64,000 nucleotides of DNA. Origin: Methanobacteriota archaeon. GTDB taxonomy: Archaea; Methanobacteriota; Methanobacteria; Methanobacteriales; Methanobacteriaceae. A program made the position numbers and the translations under genes. This document shows, piece by piece, positions 11,928-23,479 of this stretch (position 1 is the stretch's first letter; each line of letters starts with the position of its first letter). The notes under the pieces were generated by a model. The model was not told the origin of the DNA, searched no databases, and worked only from the letters and a program-made list of their open reading frames with translations. The stretch spans positions 672,001 through 736,000 of the forward strand of contig CAWBCJ010000029.1 of NCBI GenBank assembly GCA_963787255.1, in the 5' to 3' direction.

Positions 11928-12824
11928 ATGATATCAGTACTTTCTGGCGGAACTGGAACGCCAAAATTAATTCAGGGAATGCTTGAAATACTTGATCCTG
12001 GTGATCTAAATATAATTGTAAATACTGTAGAAAATACATATATATCCGGAAACTATATAGCACCAGACATAGACACTGTGATGTATACTCTTGCCGGAAT
12101 TATTAATGAAAATACATGGTACGGTATCAAAGATGATACATTTATAACCCATGAAACATTAAAAAAAATCAGGCATGAGGAAGTTTTAAGAATTGGAGAC
12201 AAAGATCGCGCCATAAAAATTCAAAAAACAATGTTAATGGAGAGATATCCTCTTTCTAAGGTTGTGGATATTCAAAGAAAGAATTTGGGCGTTAAATCAA
12301 AGATCATTCCCATGAGTGATGATCAATCACATATCAAGATCATAACAGGCGAAGGAGAAATGGGTTTCCACAAATTTCTGGTTGAAAAAAGGGGAATGCC
12401 GGAAGTTGAAGACGTGATATACAATAACGTGGAACCTTCAGAAGATTTAATCAATACAATTGAATCTTCAGACATGGTTGTAATAGGGCCATCCAATCCC
12501 ATAACATCTATAGGGCCTATAATATCAATAAAAGGCGTCAAAAAAGCGCTTAAAAACGTTTATGTCGTTGCAGTTTCACCTATTATTGGTGGAAAACCTG
12601 TAAGCGGACCTGCAGCAAAGTTCATGAATGCATTGGACATTGAGGTGTCTAGCAGGGGAGTCGCATCACTTTACCAGGAATTTCTAGACAAGTTTATTAT
12701 AGATGTTGAGGATACTGAATCCAAGAAAAAAATAGAAAAACTAATATCTGATGTTAGTATAACAAAAACAAACATGAAGACCATCAATGATAAAGTTAAT
12801 TTAGCAAGATGTATTTTTGGGTGA
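11928..12824 (+). CDS. cofD: 2-phospho-L-lactate transferase
   Basis: [44 protein letters not shown]. Confidence 0.93.
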   Translation: MISVLSGGTGTPKLIQGMLEILDPGDLNIIVNTVENTYISGNYIAPDIDTVMYTLAGIINENTWYGIKDDTFITHETLKKIRHEEVLRIGDKDRAIKIQKTMLMERYPLSKVVDIQRKNLGVKSKIIPMSDDQSHIKIITGEGEMGFHKFLVEKRGMPEVEDVIYNNVEPSEDLINTIESSDMVVIGPSNPITSIGPIISIKGVKKALKNVYVVAVSPIIGGKPVSGPAAKFMNALDIEVSSRGVASLYQEFLDKFIIDVEDTESKKKIEKLISDVSITKTNMKTINDKVNLARCIFG

Positions 12825-12830
12825 AATTGT

Positions 12831-13586
12831 ATGATACAAATGACTTTAATTCAAATCGATAATTACGGTCCATGGACTGTTACACCGGCGCCAAGGGCTG
12901 AAGCAGACCTTCAAATTTTACAAGCAGAACTTTACGCGGATCTTCAAAGACAATTTGCTGCCAAAGGTGGACTTGTTTTCTTCACCCGTTTTGACAATAT
13001 GCTTGCAATCACCAACAACGTGGACGTGGAAGATCACCTTAGAATTCAGAAATCAATTGGAAACAGATACCCTATAACTGTGAGTATGGGTGTGGGAGCA
13101 GCTGAAACACCTTATGAAGCTCAAAGAAATGCCACCGCAGCTCTTCAAAACTATGGGGGGGCGCAATCTGAAGATAGAACTGAGATTCTAGCAATAGATG
13201 GTCTTGTAAACAAGGAGAACAGCTTTGTTCAAATTGCTCATATTGATATAAATGGAATTACAGATTCCTTAACTGATATTATTCCTGCTTATGATACTTC
13301 TTTTATTGTAAATAGAGTTCAGCACTTTTTAATGAAAAAGTTAATTGAGAAAGGATCGCTTTTATTTTTCATAGGTGGGGATAACTTCATGTCTCCATGT
13401 AACGGTCTTAAACCAGAGGGAATTTTAAAAATAATTGAAGAAATTGAAGATGAAACTAATATAGCACTTAAAGCAGGTGTTGGAAAGGCTCCAACTGCTG
13501 AAAAAGCTGCTAATCTGGCGGATCTTGCTCTTGAAGAGATACGGGGTGGTTTCACATATGATCTTGTCCATGTCATGAAGGAGTAG
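12831..13586 (+). CDS. gch3: GTP cyclohydrolase III
   Basis: [30 protein letters not shown]. Confidence 0.92.
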   Translation: MIQMTLIQIDNYGPWTVTPAPRAEADLQILQAELYADLQRQFAAKGGLVFFTRFDNMLAITNNVDVEDHLRIQKSIGNRYPITVSMGVGAAETPYEAQRNATAALQNYGGAQSEDRTEILAIDGLVNKENSFVQIAHIDINGITDSLTDIIPAYDTSFIVNRVQHFLMKKLIEKGSLLFFIGGDNFMSPCNGLKPEGILKIIEEIEDETNIALKAGVGKAPTAEKAANLADLALEEIRGGFTYDLVHVMKE

Positions 13587-13676
13587 ATATTCTTTATTAT
13601 TTTCCACATTTTTTATTACATTTATCAAATATTTTATGAAGTTCGGGAGTGGGATTCTATTAAAGTTTTAGCGCCA

Positions 13677-14399
13677 ATGGCAGGAATAACCGACGGGAAC
13701 TTCTGCAAAAAAATAGCCAATCAAGGCTTTGATGTAATGACAATTGGCGGCTACAATTTAGATAAAAAAACCATAGAAGCGGGCCGTAAAATTATTCAAA
13801 GAGGAAGGCATGAATTTGATATAGAAGAAGAGAATATAATATATTCTATTAAAAAGGAAGCAGCTTTAATAAAAAATTCATGGAAGGGTATTGTATCTGC
13901 AAACTTGCGTTCAACATCTCCCCAAAAAATAGTTGAAATATCAAAATTACCTGAAATCGATGTTGTAGAGATTAATGCACACTGCAGGCAACCGGAAATA
14001 ACAGAAATCGGTTGCGGACAAGCGCTTCTTTATGATACTGAAAGATTATATGATTATACAAAAACTGTAGTTGAAAATGCAGATAGCAAAGTATCAGTCA
14101 AAATCAGGGCAAACATTGAAAATGTAGACGATATAAACATTTCAAAGGCTATTCAAGAAGCAGGTGCAGATTTCCTGCACGTAGATGCCATGAAGCCAGG
14201 ATACAACTATGCAGACTACGAATTGATAAAATCAATTAAAGAAAAAACTGAAATATTTTTAATAGGCAACAATTCTATCCGCGATTTAGAATCTGCACAA
14301 AAAATGATTTCTGCAGGTGCAGATGGAATTTCAATTGCAAGAGCGGTAATGAATGGAAAAATTCCATTTGATCTTTCCAAAATAAAATTTTTAATATAA
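13677..14399 (+). CDS. Dihydrouridine-synthase-like TIM-barrel protein (MJ0144 family); true start probably a few codons upstream (IKVLAPMAGITD)
   Basis: APMAGITD, EINAHCRQPE, GCGQALL, IGNNSI, SIARA. Confidence 0.8.
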   Translation: MAGITDGNFCKKIANQGFDVMTIGGYNLDKKTIEAGRKIIQRGRHEFDIEEENIIYSIKKEAALIKNSWKGIVSANLRSTSPQKIVEISKLPEIDVVEINAHCRQPEITEIGCGQALLYDTERLYDYTKTVVENADSKVSVKIRANIENVDDINISKAIQEAGADFLHVDAMKPGYNYADYELIKSIKEKTEIFLIGNNSIRDLESAQKMISAGADGISIARAVMNGKIPFDLSKIKFLI

Positions 14400-14450
14400 A
14401 CCTTGAGATCATATATAATAATTGCAAACTATAATTTCGAAGGTGATTGC

Positions 14451-16046
14451 ATGTCTTTTATAGAATTAGAAAATGTCACTAAAACATTTAAAGGTATAGA
14501 CGTTTTAAAAAATTTGAATATTACCATAAATGAAGGCAAAGTATTGGGTATTTTAGGTAGAAGCGGCGCTGGAAAATCTGTATTGATAAACATGCTTCGT
14601 GGAACGAAGGAATACAAACCAGACAGCGGTAAAATTATTTATAATATTGCATTATGTCATAAATGTGTTTTAGTGGAAGCTCCTTCGAAAATAGGACAAA
14701 AATGCACATGCGGCGGCGAATTTGAAGCAGAACGTGTTGATCTTTGGAATACTGATAGAAAAATATACGCCGCAGTTAGAAGAAGGATTTCTATCATGCT
14801 CCAGCGAACATTTGCACTTTATGAAGATGACAGTGTTATTGACAATGTTTTAAAGTCCATTGACCATCACGATGACGAAGAAGGCATGTACATGGCCATA
14901 GATCTTCTTGAAATGACTCAGATGACCCACAGGATAACTCACATCGCAAGGGACCTGAGTGGTGGTGAAAAACAAAGAGTGGTACTTGCAAGACAAATAG
15001 CAAAAGAACCCATGATATTTCTTGCAGATGAGCCTACAGGTACTCTTGATCCAAAAACTGCCGAACTTATACATCATGCACTCCTTGAAGGTGTAAAAGA
15101 AAAAGGCACAACCATGATCATAACTTCTCACTGGCCAGAAGTCATGAGAAAACTTTCTGATCACGTAATATGGCTCGAAAAGGGTGAAATAGTTGACGAA
15201 GGCGATCCTGAATCTGTTGTAAAGAGATTTTTAGATCAAGTTCCACTGCCTAAAAAATCAGAAGATTACCAGACTGGTGGGCCAATGATCAAGCTTGAAG
15301 ACGTCAAAAAGCACTATTACTCCATAGAAAGAGGTGTAGTAAAAGCTGTTGATGGAATAGACCTTGTTGTTGATGAGGGAGAGATTTTCGGTATTGTGGG
15401 ATTAAGCGGAGCCGGTAAAACAACATTATCAAGAATTTTATATGGATTAACAGAACCAAGTATGGGAAACATAATTGTTAAGCTTGGAGACGACTGGGTG
15501 GACATGACTGAATCTGGCCCATTTGGAAGGGGAAGAATTAAGCCTTACTTGGGAATTCTTCACCAGGAATACAGTCTTTATCCTCACAGAACTGTTTTAG
15601 GGAATTTAACTGAAGCGATTAGTTTGGAACTTCCTGCAGAATTTGCAAAAATGAAAGCAACATACGTTCTTAAAGCGGTTGGTTTTGACGAAGAATATGC
15701 AGCTAGTCTTTTAAGCAAATATCCTGATGAATTAAGCGGTGGAGAACGTCACAGGGTGGCATTAGCCCAAGTTTTAATAAAAGAACCTAATATTATTATT
15801 CTTGATGAACCTACCGGAACAATGGACCCAATAACAAGGGTTCAAGTCACAGATTCCATACGAAAGGCGAGAGACGAATTAAGTCAAACTTTTTTAATTA
15901 TATCACACGACATGGACTTCGTGCTTGATGTCTGCGATAGAGCAGCACTCATGAGGGGTGGAAAAATCCTGAAAATTGGAGATCCAAATTCCATTGTGGA
16001 AGATTTGACACCAACTGAAAAGCATAAAATGCTTACAGACGAATAA
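14451..16046 (+). CDS. atwA: Methyl-coenzyme M reductase system component A2 (dual ABC ATPase)
   Basis: Two ABC domains ([27 protein letters not shown]) with Zn-finger insert CHKC...CTCGG; RBS GGTGA before ATG 14451. Confidence 0.93.
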   Translation: MSFIELENVTKTFKGIDVLKNLNITINEGKVLGILGRSGAGKSVLINMLRGTKEYKPDSGKIIYNIALCHKCVLVEAPSKIGQKCTCGGEFEAERVDLWNTDRKIYAAVRRRISIMLQRTFALYEDDSVIDNVLKSIDHHDDEEGMYMAIDLLEMTQMTHRITHIARDLSGGEKQRVVLARQIAKEPMIFLADEPTGTLDPKTAELIHHALLEGVKEKGTTMIITSHWPEVMRKLSDHVIWLEKGEIVDEGDPESVVKRFLDQVPLPKKSEDYQTGGPMIKLEDVKKHYYSIERGVVKAVDGIDLVVDEGEIFGIVGLSGAGKTTLSRILYGLTEPSMGNIIVKLGDDWVDMTESGPFGRGRIKPYLGILHQEYSLYPHRTVLGNLTEAISLELPAEFAKMKATYVLKAVGFDEEYAASLLSKYPDELSGGERHRVALAQVLIKEPNIIILDEPTGTMDPITRVQVTDSIRKARDELSQTFLIISHDMDFVLDVCDRAALMRGGKILKIGDPNSIVEDLTPTEKHKMLTDE

Positions 16047-16089
16047 TTTCTTTTTTAAGATAACAATTGAATAAATTTGGAGGAATATA

Positions 16090-16569
<480 letters not shown>

Positions 16570-16592
16570 AGATTTTACTGGAGTTTTTAAAT

Positions 16593-17210
16593 ATGGGCTG
16601 GACCCCTCTTTTCCTGCAGATGAAAAATAAAAACGTTTTAGTTGTTGGTGCAGGAGAAGTAGGCGGCAGGAGAGCGCGTAGATTTATTGAAGCCGGCGCT
16701 AATGTTACTATAATTGGAAGGAAGACCTCAGAAGAACTTAGCGAACTGGGAGCTGCTATTAAACCTGTTCAGGAAGTTAAAGAATGGGTTGAATGGTCTG
16801 ATATTGTGATTGTAGCCACTGGAGACCATGAATTGAATGAAAATGTGGCAGAATTAGCTGCGCATAAACTTTTAAACCGTGCTGATTATCCTGAAGAAGG
16901 AAATTTAATTGTTCCATCTTCTTTTTTTATAGGAGATGTGCAGTTATGCATATTTACTGGTGGAAAGAGCCCTCTTATGGCTCGAGAGTTAAGAAAAAAG
17001 ATAGAAAAAGTAATAAAAGAGGAAGATATCTTACAACTTGAACTTCAAAATTTCACCAGAAATATTTTAAAAGAAAAGATCCATGACCAGAAAAAGCGTA
17101 GAGATTATCTATATGAAATACTAAATGATGAAAATATAAGTAAATTATTAGAGGAAGGAGATCTGGAAGGCGCTAAAAAATACATAAAATATCATTTAAA
17201 GTCCAGATAA
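16593..17210 (+). CDS. sirC: Precorrin-2 dehydrogenase (SirC/CysG N-terminal type)
   Basis: PLF...[32 protein letters not shown]; before hemA. Confidence 0.85.
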   Translation: MGWTPLFLQMKNKNVLVVGAGEVGGRRARRFIEAGANVTIIGRKTSEELSELGAAIKPVQEVKEWVEWSDIVIVATGDHELNENVAELAAHKLLNRADYPEEGNLIVPSSFFIGDVQLCIFTGGKSPLMARELRKKIEKVIKEEDILQLELQNFTRNILKEKIHDQKKRRDYLYEILNDENISKLLEEGDLEGAKKYIKYHLKSR

Positions 17211-17252
17211 TCAAATATTTATAAATATTACCTTGATTTTAGGGGTGATAAA

Positions 17253-18454
17253 ATGATTCTGAATATAAGAATCGACCATAAAACAGCGGATATTTGCACA
17301 ATTGAAAAATCTACTCGTCAAATGGACGAGCTCTTTGAAAAAATAAAGAGTGAATGTATTGTAGATGAGTATATTCAGATAAAAACATGCAATCGCGCCG
17401 AACTGTATATTTTTCTAGACAATATTAACCATAATAACATTGATTTTGATAATTTTATAGTTGAAACCGATGACGATGCCTTAAAACATCTTCTTAGATT
17501 GTCATGTGGCTTAGAATCCATGATAATAGGTGAGGATCAAATATTAGGACAAATAAAAGAGGCCAGAAAAAAAGCATTTCTACAGGTTGCTGCGGCCAAA
17601 TTTTAGATACTATTTTTACTAAAGCCATCCATGTTGGCCAGTCTGTAAGAAAAAGGACAAATATTAACAAGGGATCTATTTCTATTGGTTCTGCAGCGGT
17701 TGAACTTGCAGAGTCAGTTCACGGCGACTTGAAATGTAAAAAAGTCCTTGTTATAGGTGCTGGAAAAATGGGAACTCTGGTTGCAAAGGCTCTGGCGGAA
17801 AAACACCTTAAAGCAATTGTAGTGGCAAACAGGACATATGACCGAGCTAAGTGTCTTGCAAAGGAACTTGGAGGGTCAGCAATACATTTTGATAGACTTG
17901 ATGAATCCATGAGTGATGCTGATGTTATAATAAGTGCTACAGGAGCACCTCACGCTATTTTAAATCGTGATAAGGTTAAAAATGCAGTTCCGCATGAAAA
18001 TCTCCATAAACTGGTGATGGTGGATATTGCTAATCCGCGGGACATTGACGAAGATGTTAAAGAATTAGGTGTTAAATTATTTAATATTGATGATTTAAGG
18101 GGAATAGCAGATAAAAATAAGGAAATGAGGGAGTCTGAAGCTCTTGAAGCTGAAAAAATTATTGAAGAAGAAATTTTCCTTCTTAAAAAGTCTTTAAAAC
18201 ATCTTGAAGTTGAATCTCTTATTTCAAATATAAGGGGCAAGGCAGAGAAAATAAGGATTCATGAAACAGAAAAGGCAGTTAAGATGATGGGAGATATTAA
18301 CGGTAAAGAAAAAATAATTGACGACCTCACACACGTTATGATTGATAAAATCTTCTCTGATATCATAAAGAACATTAAAACTGCAGCTGAAAATGATGAT
18401 AAAAAAATAATTGAAACTGCAGAATGTCTTTTTGCAAGAGAAAATAGTAAATGA
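17253..18454 (+). CDS. hemA: Glutamyl-tRNA reductase, split by one apparent frameshift near 17585
   Basis: [24 protein letters not shown], then [22 protein letters not shown]. Confidence 0.9.
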
Positions 18455-18591
18455 AGTAATTAAATTATTTTTGTTTAGTTTTATCCTTTTTACTAAACTA
18501 TTATGTATTACTACGTTTAGAAATAGTGTTTAAAGCGGATGTACTTAAATAAATCATTTAAGGAACTATTTTTCATACAAAAGTAAAATAA

Positions 18592-19269
18592 TTAAATTAA
18601 ATTAAATAACAGTATTAAAGAGCTACTAATAAACTCAGAATTCCTTTTTTCAAGACTTCCTTTTTTAACAGGATGTGAATTAATGATAGAGTCATGTATT
18701 GCATTATAAGATGCACTTGTACCGTTATTCAAATCATTTTGAATGTCAGAATTATTTTTTGATTTTAGCCAATCATTCCAGTTGGTTTTACCATTTATAC
18801 TCGCTTTGTTCATTGCTGAATGTAAATCATCATTTGATTGAATTACTCCGGGAGTTAAAAAACTGGCTTTTGTCTCATATAATGTGTGATTGGGTCCGCT
18901 GGCACCAGCACAGTGTGGGGCAGAAAAACTATCTGTAATATAATGGGAAGCTACGCCGTAGCAGTAACTGGCATAGTAGTAATCGCCAATTTCGTAGTAA
19001 TATTGTCCTTTATTCAGCCATTCTTCAGCTTTATCATAACTATTAGGGTAACTGTGGTATTTAAAATCAAAGAATTTAAAATCAGGATCCATTGAACCTT
19101 CTTTCATAGCATCTAAACTTAAATTTTGTTGAATGTCTGAAGGTAAGGAATTATAGTTATTTTCCACTATTTCTTCATGGGTATTCCAGTTCCAAGCTGA
19201 AGCAGCAGGAATTTGAACAAAAAATGCTCCGATTAAAAAAAGACATATTATTATTACTGTTTTATTCAT
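18592..19269 (-). CDS. Secreted zinc-dependent phospholipase C / S1-P1 nuclease family protein
   Basis: Signal peptide cleaved before W (AWNWNTH), PD motif, SHYITDSFSAPH, HTLYE Zn ligands. Confidence 0.8.
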   Translation of the reverse strand: MNKTVIIICLFLIGAFFVQIPAASAWNWNTHEEIVENNYNSLPSDIQQNLSLDAMKEGSMDPDFKFFDFKYHSYPNSYDKAEEWLNKGQYYYEIGDYYYASYCYGVASHYITDSFSAPHCAGASGPNHTLYETKASFLTPGVIQSNDDLHSAMNKASINGKTNWNDWLKSKNNSDIQNDLNNGTSASYNAIHDSIINSHPVKKGSLEKRNSEFISSSLILLFNLI

Positions 19270-19365
19270 GATTTCACATTATTTAAGATTTATTTTAAAT
19301 TTATTAGTATAATGAACTTATCTTGAAAGGAAACATTTATACTTTATGTATCAAAAAGAATTTAT

Positions 19366-19393
19366 ATAACTATCGTTATATAACAATTGTAAT
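19366..19393. promoter_or_regulatory. Two abutting copies of 14-bp palindromic operator (ATAACTATCGTTAT, ATAACAATTGTAAT) overlapping the TATA box of the GMC gene
   Basis: Read directly; TTTATATA at 19361-19368 overlaps the first copy. Confidence 0.75.
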
Positions 19394-19418
19394 AAAATTT
19401 TTTTAATTAATTTATAGA

Positions 19419-20756
19419 GTGAAATTTATGACTTTTGACGTTGCAGTAATCGGAACAGGCGCTGGAGGCGCCACAGCAGCAAGGGAATTATCAAAAAAAG
19501 GACTTAAGGTCTTAATTTTGGAAAAAGGAAAACGCCACAAAACAGGTACATCCGCAAATCACATTAAAAACATCCCTATAAAACTAAAAATGGATTTAAT
19601 AGATAAAAATGAAGAAAATCTTGATTTTATCCAGCTTCCTGCAGAATTGATGTACATAGAAGATGTTGGAGGTACAACTCCAGTATCTCTTGCCAACGCA
19701 TGTTATGCTTGTAGTACATGTTATGCAAATTCTGCAACAACACAATTCCAAATCCACGACCTTGATCTCTTTAAAGAACTAATAGAAGCAAGTGGAGATT
19801 TAAAAGTTAACCCGTTTCCAGCAGATTTAATGGGACCTGCAACACGTAAAATAGTAGAATGTGGAGAAAGCCTCGGATTTTTCATGGAGCCTATGCCCAA
19901 ATTCATTGATTTTTCTAAATGTGATAGCTGTGGGCAGTGTATTCAAGGTTGTACAAGGGATGCAAAATGGGACTCAACACACTTTGTAAATGAAGCAGTA
20001 GCAAAAGGTGCAACTTTAATTTCAGATTTTAAAGTCACAAGAATTATCTCAGAAAATGGAGATGTAAAAGGAATAGAAGGCATATTTGGAGATAAAACAA
20101 AATATTTTGAAGTTAAAAAAGTTATAATTGCTTCAGGAGCATTAAATACTCCTCAAATTTTAAAAAATTCAGGAATTACAAAAAATGTAGGTGAAGGCTT
20201 ATTCTGTGATCTTTTTATAACCATTGGAGGATATTTAAAAGATATAAATTATTATAAAGAAATTCCTATGGGCGTAAAATCAGAATTCGGACCTTATTTT
20301 TTATCACCTCACTTTTCAAATCAGCTGATTGAATTACTGGAAAATAAGGGAGTCAACGCTAATCCTGAAGATATCGTTGGAATAATGGTTAAAATAGCAG
20401 ATGAAGCTAATGGAAAGGTTAATGAAGATAAATCAATTGAAAAAACACTTACTAAAAGAGATTTAGACCTTCTAAAAGAAGGATATGAAAAGAGCGTTAA
20501 AATACTTGTTGAAATGGGTGTAGATCCATCTTCTATAGTTGCAACGCCTATAAGAGGTGCACATCCTGGTGGAACCGCAGCAATGGGTAGTGTAGTTGAT
20601 AATAACTTAGAAACTGAAATTAAAGGACTATATGTAGCTGATGCCAGTGTAATTCCCCAAGCCCCGGGAAGACCTCCAATTTTAACTATAACTGCACTGG
20701 CAAAAAGACTTGCTAAAAACATCTCTAACGGCATGAAAGTAAAAATAGAGAACTAA
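19419..20756 (+). CDS. GMC-family FAD oxidoreductase with Cys-rich Fe-S motifs
   Basis: IGTGAGG...LILEKG, VGGTT, CYACSTC, CDSCGQCIQGC, ASGALNTPQIL, HPGGTAAMG, VADASVIP...PPILTI. Confidence 0.85.
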   Translation: MKFMTFDVAVIGTGAGGATAARELSKKGLKVLILEKGKRHKTGTSANHIKNIPIKLKMDLIDKNEENLDFIQLPAELMYIEDVGGTTPVSLANACYACSTCYANSATTQFQIHDLDLFKELIEASGDLKVNPFPADLMGPATRKIVECGESLGFFMEPMPKFIDFSKCDSCGQCIQGCTRDAKWDSTHFVNEAVAKGATLISDFKVTRIISENGDVKGIEGIFGDKTKYFEVKKVIIASGALNTPQILKNSGITKNVGEGLFCDLFITIGGYLKDINYYKEIPMGVKSEFGPYFLSPHFSNQLIELLENKGVNANPEDIVGIMVKIADEANGKVNEDKSIEKTLTKRDLDLLKEGYEKSVKILVEMGVDPSSIVATPIRGAHPGGTAAMGSVVDNNLETEIKGLYVADASVIPQAPGRPPILTITALAKRLAKNISNGMKVKIEN

Positions 20757-20770
20757 AAAAACGTTTATAT

Positions 20771-21808
20771 GTGATGAAAATGGAAAATATAACCGAAAAT
20801 AGGTATTCAAGACAGGCAATTTTACACAACATTGGTAAAGAGGGTCAGGAAATACTGGGGAAAAGTCATGTTATCATTATAGGATGTGGGGCACTGGGAA
20901 CAGTGGCTGCAAATAATCTTGCGCGTGCAGGAGTAGGTAAAATCTCCATTTTAGACAGGGATTTTGTTGAACTAAACAACCTTCAGCGCCAGATGCTCTT
21001 CGATCAAAATGACGTAGGGGAACCAAAAGCAATAGCGGCAACCAGAAAACTGCAGTTAATTAATTCAGATATAGAAATAGTTCCCTTAGTTAAGGATTTA
21101 AACCATACTAACATCGATGAAATAATTAAGGATACAGATCTTGTTCTGGACGGAACAGATAACATCCAGACAAGAATGCTCCTTAACGATGTTTGCGTAA
21201 AGGAAAAAATTCCCTGGATTTACACCGGAGCAATTGGAACATCGGGCATGACAATGAATATTCTTCCGGATGCTGCATGTATCCGCTGTCTATATCCAAG
21301 CATTCCTAAACCCGGATCACTTCCAACATGCGATACAATGGGAGTTTTAAACACTGTAACAGTCATTATGGGTTCAATGGCCAGTACAGAGGCGATAAAA
21401 ATACTTCTTGGAAAAGCAAAACCTCGAAATAAACAGGACAGCAGCTTAATAGTCTATGATGCATGGAATAACTCATTCGACGAAATACTTGTAAGAAAAA
21501 ACGAAGAATGTGCATGCTGCATAGATGGAAGTTTCGATTATTTAAATGCTGAAGATAGAGAAGTTATTAGTTCGCTTTGCGGTCGAAATGCTATCCAAAT
21601 AACTCCTGCAGATGCAAAAGAGTTAGATTTACACGAATTAGCATCTAAACTTGAACATTTAGGCAATATCAAATGTGCAGATTTTATATTACTTTTTAAG
21701 ACCCAAAATTATGAAATATCTGTATTTCGTGATGGAAGAGCAATAATTAAAGGAACTGATAGTGAAAAAGTGGCAAGATCAATTTATGCAAGATTTATCG
21801 GTACTTAA
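20771..21808 (+). CDS. MoeB/ThiF E1-like adenylyltransferase
   Basis: RYSRQ, IGCGALG, DRDFVELNNLQRQ, DGTDN, CIRC, TCDTMGV, CACC, C-terminal LCGRNAIQI domain. Confidence 0.9.
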   Translation: MMKMENITENRYSRQAILHNIGKEGQEILGKSHVIIIGCGALGTVAANNLARAGVGKISILDRDFVELNNLQRQMLFDQNDVGEPKAIAATRKLQLINSDIEIVPLVKDLNHTNIDEIIKDTDLVLDGTDNIQTRMLLNDVCVKEKIPWIYTGAIGTSGMTMNILPDAACIRCLYPSIPKPGSLPTCDTMGVLNTVTVIMGSMASTEAIKILLGKAKPRNKQDSSLIVYDAWNNSFDEILVRKNEECACCIDGSFDYLNAEDREVISSLCGRNAIQITPADAKELDLHELASKLEHLGNIKCADFILLFKTQNYEISVFRDGRAIIKGTDSEKVARSIYARFIGT

Positions 21809-21918
21809 TATTTCAAAATATGAGATAATGTGTTCATTTAGGAAATTGGTTTTAATATATATACTTAAAGGGTCAAGTATTATAAGATCAAATTTTCGAG
21901 GAATTATTTTAATTTAAT

Positions 21919-22542
21919 ATGCGAGGTACAAACGAGATGAAAACCCTTAAAATAGGTGAAAATACCTTTGAACTTGCAGAAATCATTATTAATGACTTAA
22001 AAGCATCAGAAAATATTGGAATTCTTAAATGCATCCAGTGCGGTATGTGCACATCAGTCTGTCCCGCAGCAAGACATACAGACTATGACTCACGAGAACT
22101 GGTTAAAAGAGTTCTAGATAAAGACGAAAGTTTAATTTCAGACCCCATAATTTGGGATTGTTTTTACTGCTACACCTGCCACAGCGTATGCCCTGTAAAT
22201 AATAGCCCATGCGAAATAAACCAAATAATAAGACAGAAAGCTATTGATAATGGAAACGGAAAATCCAAAATAGCCCCTTTTTCGGCATACGGCGATAGTT
22301 TCCTTGAATTTGGACTTGGAGCAATTCCAAACGATTTCTTCGACGACTTGTTAAAAGATTATGGAAAGGAATGGCTTGAATTAAAGATTAATTTGGAGGA
22401 TATCCGGGAAGAATTAGGTCTTGGCCCGATATTACTGCCAGAAAAGGATGTAAATGATATTAACAAAATTTTGGAGAAAACAGGATTCACTAAAAGACTG
22501 GATAGAATAAGGCGGTGTAAAGATGAAGAAAATACCAGATAA
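21919..22542 (+). CDS. hdrC: Heterodisulfide reductase subunit C-like 2x[4Fe-4S] protein
   Basis: KCIQCGMCTSVCP and WDCFYCYTCHSVCP; overlaps the hdrB start. Confidence 0.85.
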   Translation: MRGTNEMKTLKIGENTFELAEIIINDLKASENIGILKCIQCGMCTSVCPAARHTDYDSRELVKRVLDKDESLISDPIIWDCFYCYTCHSVCPVNNSPCEINQIIRQKAIDNGNGKSKIAPFSAYGDSFLEFGLGAIPNDFFDDLLKDYGKEWLELKINLEDIREELGLGPILLPEKDVNDINKILEKTGFTKRLDRIRRCKDEENTR

Positions 22543-23470
22543 GGAAATTTTACTCTTTAAAAGCTGCCTTGTAAATGTTGAATATCCGGGAGTAGAATCA
22601 TCAACCAAATTTCTATTCGATAAACTGGGAATAGAATACATTACAAGTGAAAGACAGTCCTGCTGCACTGGTTTAGGACATTACGCGGATTTATTTGACC
22701 AATTTTCAACAACTACACTTTCAGCAAGAAACTTTGGAATTGCAAGAGAAGAAGAACACAAAAATATAGCCACACTATGTGCTACCTGTTATGCAATACT
22801 AAAAAAATCAGCCAATATTTTAAATAAAAAAGAAGATGTTAGAAAAAAGGTAAATACGATTTTCGACGATACAGAAATTCCTAATTTGAAATATAATGCA
22901 GATGATATGGATTCAAGAGATAATATTTTCCATGTAGCTGAAATTCTTTATAATAAGGCCGAAGAAATTGAAAATCTTGTAGAAATAGATTTATCAGGCT
23001 TTAAAGTGGCTGCACATCACGCCTGCCATTATTGTAAAGTTCATCATAATGATACTATTGGAAATGTGAGAAATCCAATGGTTATAGAAACCCTTGCTAA
23101 AGCATGCGGTGTGGAAACAGTGGACTGGTATGATCGCAAAACAAATACCTGTGGTAACGGCTTCAGGCAGCGTTACATGAATAAAGATTTATCATTTTCC
23201 ATAACAGCAGAAAAGCTGCTTAGTTTAAAGGAGAATGAAGTTGATATTTTACTTCACATGTGTCCAAATTGTCAGCTGCAATTTGACAGAAACCAGAAAG
23301 TCATTGGAGAATCAATGGATACTGAATTCAATATTATGTGCCTTAACATTTCTCAATTTATAGCTCTTGCTCTTGGAGCCGACCCTTACAAAGTTGTAGG
23401 GATTCAGACACACTCAGTTCCTATAGAACCTATTTTAAAGAAAATAAAGCAGATTAACCTATGTTTATGA
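22523..23470 (+). CDS. hdrB: Heterodisulfide reductase subunit B-like protein (divergent CCG domains)
   Basis: SCLV, SCCTG, LCATC, HHACHYC, NTCGNG, MCPNCQLQFD. Confidence 0.85.
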   Translation: MKKIPDKEILLFKSCLVNVEYPGVESSTKFLFDKLGIEYITSERQSCCTGLGHYADLFDQFSTTTLSARNFGIAREEEHKNIATLCATCYAILKKSANILNKKEDVRKKVNTIFDDTEIPNLKYNADDMDSRDNIFHVAEILYNKAEEIENLVEIDLSGFKVAAHHACHYCKVHHNDTIGNVRNPMVIETLAKACGVETVDWYDRKTNTCGNGFRQRYMNKDLSFSITAEKLLSLKENEVDILLHMCPNCQLQFDRNQKVIGESMDTEFNIMCLNISQFIALALGADPYKVVGIQTHSVPIEPILKKIKQINLCL

Positions 23471-23479
23471 GGTAAGACA

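Noticed and set aside
13659-13676. Possible ATT start codons (DUS-like gene, radical SAM gene near 48450)
   Set aside because: Conserved N-termini extend upstream of the called starts, but with the indel rate in this assembly a lost ATG frame is equally likely
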